Part shown: one piece after another, positions 29,993-38,547 of the stretch
Numbering within the stretch: position 1 is the first letter of the stretch
How the letters are laid out: each line of letters starts with the position of its first letter
NCBI GenBank assembly: GCA_965228855.1
Contig: CBDDIJ010000003.1
Coordinates: forward strand, 3,680,001 to 3,744,000
Source of the DNA: Candidatus Obscuribacterales bacterium
GTDB taxonomy: Bacteria; Cyanobacteriota; Vampirovibrionia; Obscuribacterales; Obscuribacteraceae
Length of the DNA: 64,000 nucleotides
Direction: 5' to 3'
Position numbers and translations under genes: made by a program
The notes under the pieces: model-generated
Seen by the model: the letters and a program-made list of their open reading frames with translations, nothing else
The model's database searches: none
What the model was told of the DNA's origin: nothing

Positions 29993-30246
29993 TGAGAGAA
30001 CCTCTTAGAGAGTGAATGAGTTTCCGGTCCGTACTCCCGAAGGTTGGTGGGACACAGGGTTTACACTGGTAATGCCTATCTTAACAAAGTTTAATTTTAA
30101 GCCCGACACGCCAAGTGGTCAAGTAAAAAGTGCACAGTTTCCCAAAAATACTAGGGGAATTGTATGAAAACGCCCAATCATTGGCAATTTCGTGAATGAC
30201 ATTGTAAATGAGAATCGAGTCAGGGCGCACAATATCAGTGGTGTAA

Positions 30247-31023
30247 TCACCCGGATTTTTTCTCCAGATGCGCGCGCACTCGAGTCAGATTCTTCTCAGT
30301 CTGCGTCACAAGGGCTGGTTCGGTCTTTCTTCGGATCGCCAGCGCCTCTTCATATCGACTCTCCGCTTCCTTCCACAAACCTTTCTTTTCCGCCAGTTCT
30401 CCGAGTAAACACAAACTGACAGCTACATGCGGATGATTGGGTCCAAAATGTTCGCGACGAATCTCGAGCTGTTCCAACAACAGCGGTCCCGTGTCTGCGC
30501 ACCGATCCTGCGCACACGCCGCCGATATACATAGGTTGAGACCTTCCAACAGTTTCTCACTCTTCGGATCACAACACTCGCGCTCCAAACGCAAAGCCTC
30601 TTGAGCAGCGATTTGAGAGTTCGAAAAATCTTTCTTGCGGTAAAACAGCTTGGCGCTCTGTTTGTATAAAGGGATCAGCTGTTCGTTATTATCTCCACCA
30701 GCCTTCGCCGAAGCGATAGCAGCATCAATAGCAGCTCTTGCGCCTTCTGAATCGCTCAGTTCCTGATTGACTTCAGATAGATCCAGATAAATGGGCGCAA
30801 GCAAAACGCCATCGACGCGCTTATCGACAGCTTCCTTCAGACCTTGAGATATAAACCGCTTGGCGTCACGGTAAGCACCTTTATGCATCTCGATCCGACC
30901 GGCGCGAACCGAGTCCTTCCAGCCGGGAGCCGCCTGCGATTGCGTGCATGATACTGAGCCCGAAACGGTAAATAGAACCAAACAAAATATATGGAATTTG
31001 CGCTTCACTTTGCTCGTCTTCAA
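30247..31023 (-). CDS. Secreted TPR protein (kinesin-light-chain-like TPR)
   Basis: LEIRREHFGPNHPHVAVSL..LG...AESRYEEALAIR. Confidence 0.85.
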   Translation of the reverse strand: MKTSKVKRKFHIFCLVLFTVSGSVSCTQSQAAPGWKDSVRAGRIEMHKGAYRDAKRFISQGLKEAVDKRVDGVLLAPIYLDLSEVNQELSDSEGARAAIDAAIASAKAGGDNNEQLIPLYKQSAKLFYRKKDFSNSQIAAQEALRLERECCDPKSEKLLEGLNLCISAACAQDRCADTGPLLLEQLEIRREHFGPNHPHVAVSLCLLGELAEKKGLWKEAESRYEEALAIRRKTEPALVTQTEKNLTRVRAHLEKKSG

Positions 31024-31220
31024 TTCCCGCCGACATGCAGTTTCTCACTTTGCATACAAACAACTATACGCGCTATGAGCGAGAAAGAAAAAAATCGATA
31101 TCAAGTTTTATTCGGCGTGATACAAACCCTTCGAAACGGTGTTTATTCGACACCTGATGGTCGTTAAGATATACTCGGAACGTAAGACAGTATTTCATCT
31201 CTAGAGAAGGCACGGAAAAG

Positions 31221-31784
31221 TTGAACGCCGAGAATGAAAACAAAGATAATTCGCCTGAGACCAAAATCGCGGATGCTGATGCGACGTTGAAACTCGAGGC
31301 AACTAGTGAACCCACTACCGCCGAAATCGCGACTGCAAGTGCGTCTTCGACGACGGCGAACACCGGCAGACGGGAAGACCGGAAAAATTGGGCAACGAAT
31401 GTCAATCAAACACTCGACTACATTGGCAAGATCAGCAATGACAAGAGTTTGCATTTCCGCTCGTCAGACAAGCTGACCTCCAAGCTTTTGATAGGCGCTT
31501 TTCTACTCGCAGTCGGTTTTGCTGCGCTGCCGTTCTTCGAGATGAACGCAATCGCCGCAATCGCGTATTTGCTGGCCGATGTGCTTCTGTTCGGAGCAAT
31601 TCTCGTTTTTGTAATCAGCAGATTCGGAATTATCCGGGCGATGGATCCGCGGCACGCACTGGTGTGCTGGCATCTCATGGTCGGCACAGGATTACTTGCA
31701 CTGGTTATCGGCTTCAACATTGTGGCCGCGTGTGTTGTTGTTATGATGAGAGAAAGGCTGCAGTTGCTATTCCCCGGTGGTTAG
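31221..31784 (+). CDS. Hypothetical membrane protein (3 TM)
   Basis: Acidic disordered N-terminus, three hydrophobic helices. Confidence 0.7.
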   Translation: MNAENENKDNSPETKIADADATLKLEATSEPTTAEIATASASSTTANTGRREDRKNWATNVNQTLDYIGKISNDKSLHFRSSDKLTSKLLIGAFLLAVGFAALPFFEMNAIAAIAYLLADVLLFGAILVFVISRFGIIRAMDPRHALVCWHLMVGTGLLALVIGFNIVAACVVVMMRERLQLLFPGG

Positions 31785-32220
31785 GATGCTCTCCAAAATT
31801 TTTCGTCTGTCTGGCTTTGCTTTGAGTTTGCTCGCGGCGACCATCGTTACGTCTACCATCGATTCCTCGACCCCGATGGAAAGCGCTTACGCAGCGAGCG
31901 GGAATGGCGAAGTGGAGCGCGGAAGCGCAAGCAGTTTTCCATATGCGCGACTGGACTTTCAAGTCAAAGCCTCCTGCGTTACCTGTCTTCGTCGCGTAGC
32001 CAAAGCATTGAAAGCCACTAAGGGTGTGGTTAACGCTGATGTGTCTATCTACAATCCGCACTGGGCCGTAGTCATTATCGACACCTCAGCGACAGACAGT
32101 GATAAAGTAATCGCAAAAGTGAAAAAAGAGAAAGCGGATATCGACAAACTTGTCAAAACAGATCTGAAAGAGAAACCGCTCCTCGTTGTTCCTCGCTCGG
32201 ATGCACCCGTGAAACAGTGA
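31777..32220 (+). CDS. Exported heavy-metal-associated (HMA) domain protein
   Basis: Signal-like N-terminus; ASCVTC..RVAKALK..KGV..ADV. Confidence 0.75.
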   Translation: MVRMLSKIFRLSGFALSLLAATIVTSTIDSSTPMESAYAASGNGEVERGSASSFPYARLDFQVKASCVTCLRRVAKALKATKGVVNADVSIYNPHWAVVIIDTSATDSDKVIAKVKKEKADIDKLVKTDLKEKPLLVVPRSDAPVKQ

Positions 32221-32221
32221 G

Positions 32222-33034
32222 TTGAACATGGCTTCCCGAGCGCTGTTTCAGAGAAGACTGGTTACGACATCTGTAGGGTTTTTGTTATGCCTGGCAGCGA
32301 CATCCTGCACAATCGCAGCGAAGAAAGCACCGCATCTTTCATTTACTCCTGATGTTGTGGACATAGGAAAGGTGGAAGAGGGAAGTGAGGTGCCTACCTT
32401 TTTCACGCTCACAAACACTGGCACGGAGCCACTCAAGATACACGAGGCGACTTCGAGCTGTGGCTGTACCGTTCCGGATCTAAAACAGCAGGAGTTGAAG
32501 CCGGGCGAAAGCACCAAACTCGATATCATAGTCGATACAACGATGAAGCAGGGTAATGTCACTAAGACGGTCGAAGTATCATCAAACGATCCAGAGGCGC
32601 CGGTTGTTTCACTCCCTATCAAAATGAACATTGCGAACCGGCATGAAGGTTTGACAGATGATGGGCGAGTGAAGATTTTCACCGACGAAAAATGCAACAG
32701 TTGCCACGTCTTGCGTGGCGTCGGGCTGGGCGGCAAAGACTTATTCGAAGCAGACTGCGCCATGTGTCACGGCGAGGATGCCAAAGGTGCTGTTGGTGGA
32801 GCTTTGATATTTGGAAACTACAACGATCCGAAGTACGAGAAACATATCCGCGACGTAATATCTTATGGAAGCAAGACCCACCGCTCGATGCCAGGCTTTT
32901 TAGACAAGGCCGGCGGACCTTTGGTGCAGGAGCAAGTTGATTCGCTCATCAAATATCTGAAAGAATTATCCGAAAAGGAAAAGACGAAGGCTGAACCGGG
33001 TAACACTGTCAAAGACAAAAAGGAACCACATTGA
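32222..33034 (+). CDS. DUF1573 (Ig-like) - c-type cytochrome fusion lipoprotein
   Basis: ATSC lipobox; FTLTNTG.EPL.I...SSCGCT...LKPGES (DUF1573); two CxxCH motifs (CNSCH, CAMCH) and distal SMPGF. Confidence 0.85.
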   Translation: MNMASRALFQRRLVTTSVGFLLCLAATSCTIAAKKAPHLSFTPDVVDIGKVEEGSEVPTFFTLTNTGTEPLKIHEATSSCGCTVPDLKQQELKPGESTKLDIIVDTTMKQGNVTKTVEVSSNDPEAPVVSLPIKMNIANRHEGLTDDGRVKIFTDEKCNSCHVLRGVGLGGKDLFEADCAMCHGEDAKGAVGGALIFGNYNDPKYEKHIRDVISYGSKTHRSMPGFLDKAGGPLVQEQVDSLIKYLKELSEKEKTKAEPGNTVKDKKEPH

Positions 33035-33035
33035 G

Positions 33036-33914
33036 ATGGCACACACGCAAAATTTGTCCAACTTGATCGCGAATTGGAACGGGCAACTGATGCCTCTGAC
33101 AGAGGTCAAAGTGTCGGTCCTGGACCGGGGATTCCTTTTTGGTGACGCAGTCTACGAAGTCATTCGCCTGTATGGTGGCAAACTTTTTCGAGTAGAGGAC
33201 CACCTGAGCAGGCTGTCCGACAGCTTGAATTCAATCGACATCAAAGGTGTCGATTCCGGGAAGATTAGATCGATGCTCAAGGCGACCATTCGAGAGAGTG
33301 GTCTGGATAACGCGCTCGTCTATCTTCAAGTCACCAGAGGTGAAGCACCGAGAACTCATCACTATCCTGATTCTTACATGCCAAATATTCTGATGTATGC
33401 GTCACCGTTCAACAACCCATACGCAAAGGAGCATGAGACAGGCGTCTCGGCAGTCACGCATCCGGACATTCGCTGGGGCAGAAACGATATCAAGGCCACA
33501 AGTTTGCTAGCTAACTGCATGGCGGCGGACTATGCAAAACGGCACGGCGCGATGGAAGTAGTGTTCATCGACGCCGACGGTATCATGACTGAGGGCAGTC
33601 ACACATCTCTGTTTGGAATTTTGAACAACAAGCTTGTGGTATCACCTTCATCATCAAAAGTCCTGCCCGGAATCACCAAGCGGCAGGTGCTTGAACTCGC
33701 GAAGGAAACGAATGTAGAGCTTGATGAGCGACGCTTGAAGGAAAACGAGATTTACGAGTTGGACGAGTTCTTTCTAGCAGGAACACCGGAAGAATTGATT
33801 TCGATTACAAAAGTGAACGACAAACAAATTGGCGATGGAAAACCGGGACCAATGGTAAAGAAACTCCACCAGTCATTCCGCGATAGTGTCAGTAAGCACC
33901 TTACGAGCCTGTAG
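33036..33914 (+). CDS. Class IV PLP aminotransferase (D-amino-acid aminotransferase-like)
   Basis: DRGFLFGDAVYE, YLQVTRG..PRTH, RWGRNDIKATSLL, TEGS, LPGIT, IGDGKPGP. Confidence 0.92.
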   Translation: MAHTQNLSNLIANWNGQLMPLTEVKVSVLDRGFLFGDAVYEVIRLYGGKLFRVEDHLSRLSDSLNSIDIKGVDSGKIRSMLKATIRESGLDNALVYLQVTRGEAPRTHHYPDSYMPNILMYASPFNNPYAKEHETGVSAVTHPDIRWGRNDIKATSLLANCMAADYAKRHGAMEVVFIDADGIMTEGSHTSLFGILNNKLVVSPSSSKVLPGITKRQVLELAKETNVELDERRLKENEIYELDEFFLAGTPEELISITKVNDKQIGDGKPGPMVKKLHQSFRDSVSKHLTSL

Positions 33915-33948
33915 CGAGCAGAAGGAAACAGCCGACAGCAAGCTTTAA

Positions 33949-34716
33949 CTACTGCGCTCCCAACCACTGGTCGTAGGCGCCCTTGTTTAAATCCGAGTCT
34001 TTCGCTCCGGCACTTTGCAGAGCTCCCGCAGATGTTTTATGAGCACGAGTGGAACTAGACGAGCTTGATGGTGCACCGGAAGCAGCTTTACGAGCGGTTT
34101 TAGACGAGGCGCCAGCAGCTTTCGATGCAGCTCCGTTCTTCCCACCTGCCGGTTTCACACCAGTCACCGCTGGTGGTGCAATCTCTTTTCCGTCGATTGT
34201 ATAGCCACGAGCCTTCAAAATCTTCTTCATTCCATCAATATTGCTTTCCATATGGGTTTTCTCTTCTTGCGGAATGCCGTCACACTTCATCGCACGAACG
34301 AAACACTTGTACGCCTCCGGAAATTTTTCCTGAGCCATGAGCATATTGCCGAGATTCGCCCAGCCGGTCCAGTCGGAATCATTCATCTCAACAGCCTTCC
34401 TGGAAGCTTCTTCAGCTTCAGGCAGATGTCCCATTTTTCGATAAGCGACGGCAAGGTTTAAATAAACATCCGCATCGTACGGATAAATATTTATCGCGTC
34501 GATATACTTCTCTGCCGCCTTTTCGTACCACTCCTTAGCCAGGTACTTATTGCCCAAGTTGTAGTGAGGGAGCGCATCGGCATATTTCATGCGATTGCCC
34601 TTACCGGGAAAACCTTCGGCGTCGGCCGCCGGGCTCAATGTAAACATGAGTAGGGTTACAAAAGCGGAAGTGGCTAGTAATGCTCGTTTTATAACAAATT
34701 GCTGTTTCGATCTCAT
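33949..34716 (-). CDS. Secreted TPR protein
   Basis: Signal peptide; HYNLG, YLNLAVAY, WANLGN TPRs; A/S/K-rich tail. Confidence 0.85.
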   Translation of the reverse strand: MRSKQQFVIKRALLATSAFVTLLMFTLSPAADAEGFPGKGNRMKYADALPHYNLGNKYLAKEWYEKAAEKYIDAINIYPYDADVYLNLAVAYRKMGHLPEAEEASRKAVEMNDSDWTGWANLGNMLMAQEKFPEAYKCFVRAMKCDGIPQEEKTHMESNIDGMKKILKARGYTIDGKEIAPPAVTGVKPAGGKNGAASKAAGASSKTARKAASGAPSSSSSSTRAHKTSAGALQSAGAKDSDLNKGAYDQWLGAQ

Positions 34717-34756
34717 AGCACAAGAGTACAAGATTTCGGGGTATCATGGAAGCATT

Positions 34757-35293
34757 ATGATTGACGATGAAAGAGAGCAATTTGACCCGCAGGCAGAGGA
34801 CGAGCCCGTTTGGCTTGCCGCTGCCAACACCATTATCTCACTGACGATGGCGGTCGCTTTTCTGCTCCTGATCCCGTGGCGCAGTTACTACGAGCATCAT
34901 TTGCTCTGGGACGACGCGACCGGAATGGCGCTGTTCTTCGGTGTCATCACTGTGTTAAATTCAATTTCTCTGGTGGTTCGTACCCGCGCGGTCGACGTCG
35001 CGCACGCGAAATGGACACAATTAGACAACAGATTTGTGTCGATGAGTTTATCGACCCTCGCCAACACCCTCTTTTCCGGCGGGCTGGCAATCTGGTGCGT
35101 GCGCGAAGACCTGAACATCGATAGAGCGATTTGTTACTTAATCACCGCACTTGGTACATTCGGTCACACTGCATTGTTTGCAAAACGCTGGGAACACTCC
35201 AAGGCACGAGCTGATGGATTAATAACCACCATTTACGGTGTGCTCTCTATTGTTATCACGCTAACGTTTATGTTCAACCAGGACCTGTTTTAG
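34757..35293 (+). CDS. Hypothetical membrane protein (about 5 TM)
   Basis: Hydrophobic helices; start moved to ATG 34757 to avoid overlap with the divergent gene. Confidence 0.7.
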   Translation: MIDDEREQFDPQAEDEPVWLAAANTIISLTMAVAFLLLIPWRSYYEHHLLWDDATGMALFFGVITVLNSISLVVRTRAVDVAHAKWTQLDNRFVSMSLSTLANTLFSGGLAIWCVREDLNIDRAICYLITALGTFGHTALFAKRWEHSKARADGLITTIYGVLSIVITLTFMFNQDLF

Positions 35294-35336
35294 TCGCAGA
35301 CTGTCGATTCCGGACGGAGAACGGGTATTCGTGAAC

Positions 35337-36029
35337 TCAGGCCCTGTGAACTCCTTGCGCGATCATATACGCCGCAATTCCGTAGGCAACGGCAACGTTC
35401 AAAGATTCCTTCATTCCGCGCATAGGCAGATGACAAACGATCTCACAGTGGTGCAAAACCTGGGGAGACAGACCGCTAACCTCATTTCCAGCAATTAAAC
35501 ACATCGGCCGCTTCAACTCGTTTCTATAAATCGCTTCGGAAAGCAAGACACTTTCGTCTGATTTCTCAAGACCGACTATTTGCACACCACACTTCTTGAG
35601 TTGCACAATTGCCTGCAATGGATTGACAACGTAATCCCAGGATATAACCTGTTCTGCGCCCAAACTGACCTTCTCGATTTCTTTGCGCGGTGGTGAGCCT
35701 GTGATACCACTCAGAAATACATGTTGAAATCCCGCGCCGTCGGATGAGCGAAAAATGGAACCGACGTTCCACAAACTGCGAACATCCTCTACCAAAACAG
35801 AAAGTTCCGGAACCCAGTTTTCATCGCGCTCGGGGCCGCCCTTCAGTTGCCCTCTCGCCTTTCGCTTCTCAAACTCACGCTCGATAATCGCAATAGCGTC
35901 AGGAGAGCGAAAGGTCGCATTAATGCCGCAATCAGGGCATCGACCGGGAGCGTGCCCCCGCTTATCCAGGTCATCGCCGGAAAGGTCGAACTCAATTGCA
36001 CACTCTGGATTCGGGCATCGTGTCTGCAT
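35337..36029 (-). CDS. SpoU/TrmH-family RNA 2'-O-methyltransferase with N-terminal Zn-ribbon
   Basis: NVGSIFRS, GNEVSG, LPMRG.KESLNVAVA; N-terminal CPNPEC...CPDC. Confidence 0.9.
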   Translation of the reverse strand: MQTRCPNPECAIEFDLSGDDLDKRGHAPGRCPDCGINATFRSPDAIAIIEREFEKRKARGQLKGGPERDENWVPELSVLVEDVRSLWNVGSIFRSSDGAGFQHVFLSGITGSPPRKEIEKVSLGAEQVISWDYVVNPLQAIVQLKKCGVQIVGLEKSDESVLLSEAIYRNELKRPMCLIAGNEVSGLSPQVLHHCEIVCHLPMRGMKESLNVAVAYGIAAYMIAQGVHRA

Positions 36030-36041
36030 TGCGGTGGTCTG

Positions 36042-37181
36042 TTAAACCAGCTCTTTTGTTGATATAGCCTCGACAACTTCGCTCTCGCGATAACGCCGAC
36101 CAAGGGAGTCGGCCGTTAAGATAGCGTCGAAAACCATCGGCGCAGTCACTTCAAAAGGCTCATTGTGAGCGGTTTCATCGTCAGCGACTGTCCTATCGGC
36201 GACTCGGCGGAGAGCCTCCCGGTCGAGATCATTGACGCCGATATCGGAGAGCGTGATCGGTAAACCGACATCGGAGCAGTATTCGAGAATCTGCGATATC
36301 AGCTCCAGTCCTTTACCCTCGAGAACGAGCTGAACGAGCAGTCCGAAGGCGACTTTCTCACCGTGGTAATAATCGTGAGTAGCCGGCAGAACGGTGAGAC
36401 CGTTATGCACCGAATGCGCCACCGCTAAACCGCCGGATTCGAAACCGAGTCCGGAAAGCAACGTGTTTGCTTCTACGATTCGCTCAAGAGCTGGTGTCAC
36501 AGCGCGATTGTTGACAGATTCAATAGCCTCGATGCTGTCGGCGAGAAGTACCTGATAGCAATAATCAGCAAGCACTTTGGCACTACCTGTAGTGGCGCCA
36601 CCCAGTTGATTTTTCTTACCGGCAGCGATAACGGTTTTTGCCTCGAACATAGTAGCCAAAGCGTCACCCATGCCGGCAACCAGCAATCGAGCCGGTGCCT
36701 GAGCGATCACGCTGGTGTCGACGAGCACCAGATCCGGGTTGCGTTTATAAAACAGATAAGAGTCGAATTCGCCGGAGGCGTTGTAGAGAACAGAGAGCGC
36801 GCTGCAGGGAGCGTCACTGGATGCTACAGTCGGGCAGTTGACAATCGGCACGCCCAACTCGCTTGCGACAGCGCGTGCTGTATCCAACACCTTGCCGCCA
36901 CCGGCGCCGATGATAAACTCGGCATTGTAGTCGGCGGCGATATCCTTGATGCGGTCGATTTCACCGCGCGAGCATTCGCCGCTGAACTCGGCAAGAGCGT
37001 ATGAGATGTTTTTCTCCGTGAGCGATTCATTCCAGGTGTCTTCGAGCAGTTTGATTGCCGACTGTCCGGAAATCAGACAGCCACGCTTGCCTAAGCCGAG
37101 CGAATCAATTTCGGCACCTAAATTTTTGGTGGCATCGCGTCCCTGCACATATCTGGAGGGCGAACAAAACACGGATAGCAT
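36042..37181 (-). CDS. gldA: Glycerol dehydrogenase
   Basis: SPSRYVQG, GGGKVLD, PTVASSDAPCSALSV, GMGDALA, GFESGGLA.AHSVHNG, HGEKVAFG. Confidence 0.93.
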   Translation of the reverse strand: MLSVFCSPSRYVQGRDATKNLGAEIDSLGLGKRGCLISGQSAIKLLEDTWNESLTEKNISYALAEFSGECSRGEIDRIKDIAADYNAEFIIGAGGGKVLDTARAVASELGVPIVNCPTVASSDAPCSALSVLYNASGEFDSYLFYKRNPDLVLVDTSVIAQAPARLLVAGMGDALATMFEAKTVIAAGKKNQLGGATTGSAKVLADYCYQVLLADSIEAIESVNNRAVTPALERIVEANTLLSGLGFESGGLAVAHSVHNGLTVLPATHDYYHGEKVAFGLLVQLVLEGKGLELISQILEYCSDVGLPITLSDIGVNDLDREALRRVADRTVADDETAHNEPFEVTAPMVFDAILTADSLGRRYRESEVVEAISTKELV

Positions 37182-37299
37182 CGCAAGATCCTTTTCAAGT
37201 GCTTCTAAAGTCGAGCGTGTGTAATTGTACAGGAATCGGAGCGCGACGGCGCGATCGCCCTCGGAGTATACGGAATTCGCAACCTTAGGACGTTAGATA

Positions 37300-38535
37300 C
37301 TAGGAACGGATGATGCCGCTCAGACTCTTGTCATTCTGACCGAAGTCCGGGAAAAGATTGTTGAGGCTCGAAGGACCGAAGTTTAAATGCGCCTGCGCGA
37401 TTGATGAGATAACGGTACGGAAGTCGGTCGTCACCGGCACGTCGCGCCTTTCGTAGAGCTTCTCTTCAGAGAGCTCATCCAGCCGTCCATAGACCTTTCC
37501 GCCGCCGACGTTGCCACCCAGGACCCACATAACGTTACCGTGCCCGTGGTCGGTTCCGCCATTTCCGTTTTCCTTCACCGTGCGTCCGAACTCCGACATC
37601 ACCACGATTACCGTGTTTTTAAAATCATCACCTAAACCGGCGGCAAGGTCGGCAAGACCATTCGACAGACCAGTCAACTGGTTCGCAAGCTGTCCTTTGC
37701 CAGCGCCCTGATTCACATGCGTATCGAAACCGCCCAGAGCCACGAACGCGACTTGAACCTTCGGATCGTCGATGAAAATCTTTCCGAGTTGCTGCCCGAA
37801 GCCTTTGAAGGATCTGGCGAGTGGGGCGCCCTTATCAGCGGCAACGGCCTCTTTGGATAGCTTTTCAGTCAACATCTCATTTGCCTTGAGCCCCTCCTCA
37901 AATGCGCGAGACAGCGCGTCATTCCGGCCGGAATACATTCTCCCGAACGCCTCGGCGACGACAGGCATATCGAGCGCCGAGCGCTTTCCAGCCGTCTGCG
38001 GCGTGTAACTTGCCACATCGACGGGTCCCTGGAGAATGCGCGGGAGTGTCGCCCCCACATTGATTCCGCGCAGAGGAGAATTTGTTTCCGGCAATTGTGT
38101 GAGGATGCGATTCAGCCACCCGGAGTTCACGACCTTGACCCCCGGCCGGCCCGATTCCATGTAGTCCTGCGCATCGAAGTGGGAGCGCGTTGCTTCAGGC
38201 GAGCCGCAAGCGTGCACAAAAGCAAGCGACTTATCCTTCCAGTAAGGCATCAGCGGTTCTAATGCAGGAGCCATGCCGAAATAGGAATCGAGATCGAGGA
38301 CGCCATCCTTCTGTCCGGGCGGCGGAATGGCGATAGTTGGTCGGTTTTGATAATAGCGAGGGTCACCGTAGGGAACGATTACGTTTAAACCGTCCATCGC
38401 GCCGCGCAAGAAAACAACGATCAACTTCTTGCCTTCCAGAGACTTTGTGCCGCCGTAAGCCCAGCCGGGAAGCCCGATTCCCATAAGAGACATTGAGAAC
38501 ATCGCACCTGCTTTTAGAAAATCACGTCTGTTCAT
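37300..38535 (-). CDS. DUF1501 protein, Tat signal (copy 2)
   Basis: NRRDFLK; VFLRGAMDGL, RSHFDAQD, GGFDTH, SEFGRT, GTDHG. Confidence 0.92.
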   Translation of the reverse strand: MNRRDFLKAGAMFSMSLMGIGLPGWAYGGTKSLEGKKLIVVFLRGAMDGLNVIVPYGDPRYYQNRPTIAIPPPGQKDGVLDLDSYFGMAPALEPLMPYWKDKSLAFVHACGSPEATRSHFDAQDYMESGRPGVKVVNSGWLNRILTQLPETNSPLRGINVGATLPRILQGPVDVASYTPQTAGKRSALDMPVVAEAFGRMYSGRNDALSRAFEEGLKANEMLTEKLSKEAVAADKGAPLARSFKGFGQQLGKIFIDDPKVQVAFVALGGFDTHVNQGAGKGQLANQLTGLSNGLADLAAGLGDDFKNTVIVVMSEFGRTVKENGNGGTDHGHGNVMWVLGGNVGGGKVYGRLDELSEEKLYERRDVPVTTDFRTVISSIAQAHLNFGPSSLNNLFPDFGQNDKSLSGIIRS

Positions 38536-38547
38536 AACGCCTCCAAT

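Noticed and set aside
30025..30080. ggtgggac...acagggt...atgcc resembling a c-di-GMP-I/c-AMP-GMP riboswitch near the TadG-like gene
   Set aside because: The AAAC and G(C/G)AAAGC core elements are missing, and it is on the strand opposite the gene it would control.
7570..37258. GCGATCGC (cyanobacterial HIP1) sites near 7570 and 37251
   Set aside because: Only a couple were noticed, about chance level for 64 kb; no HIP1-like enrichment.
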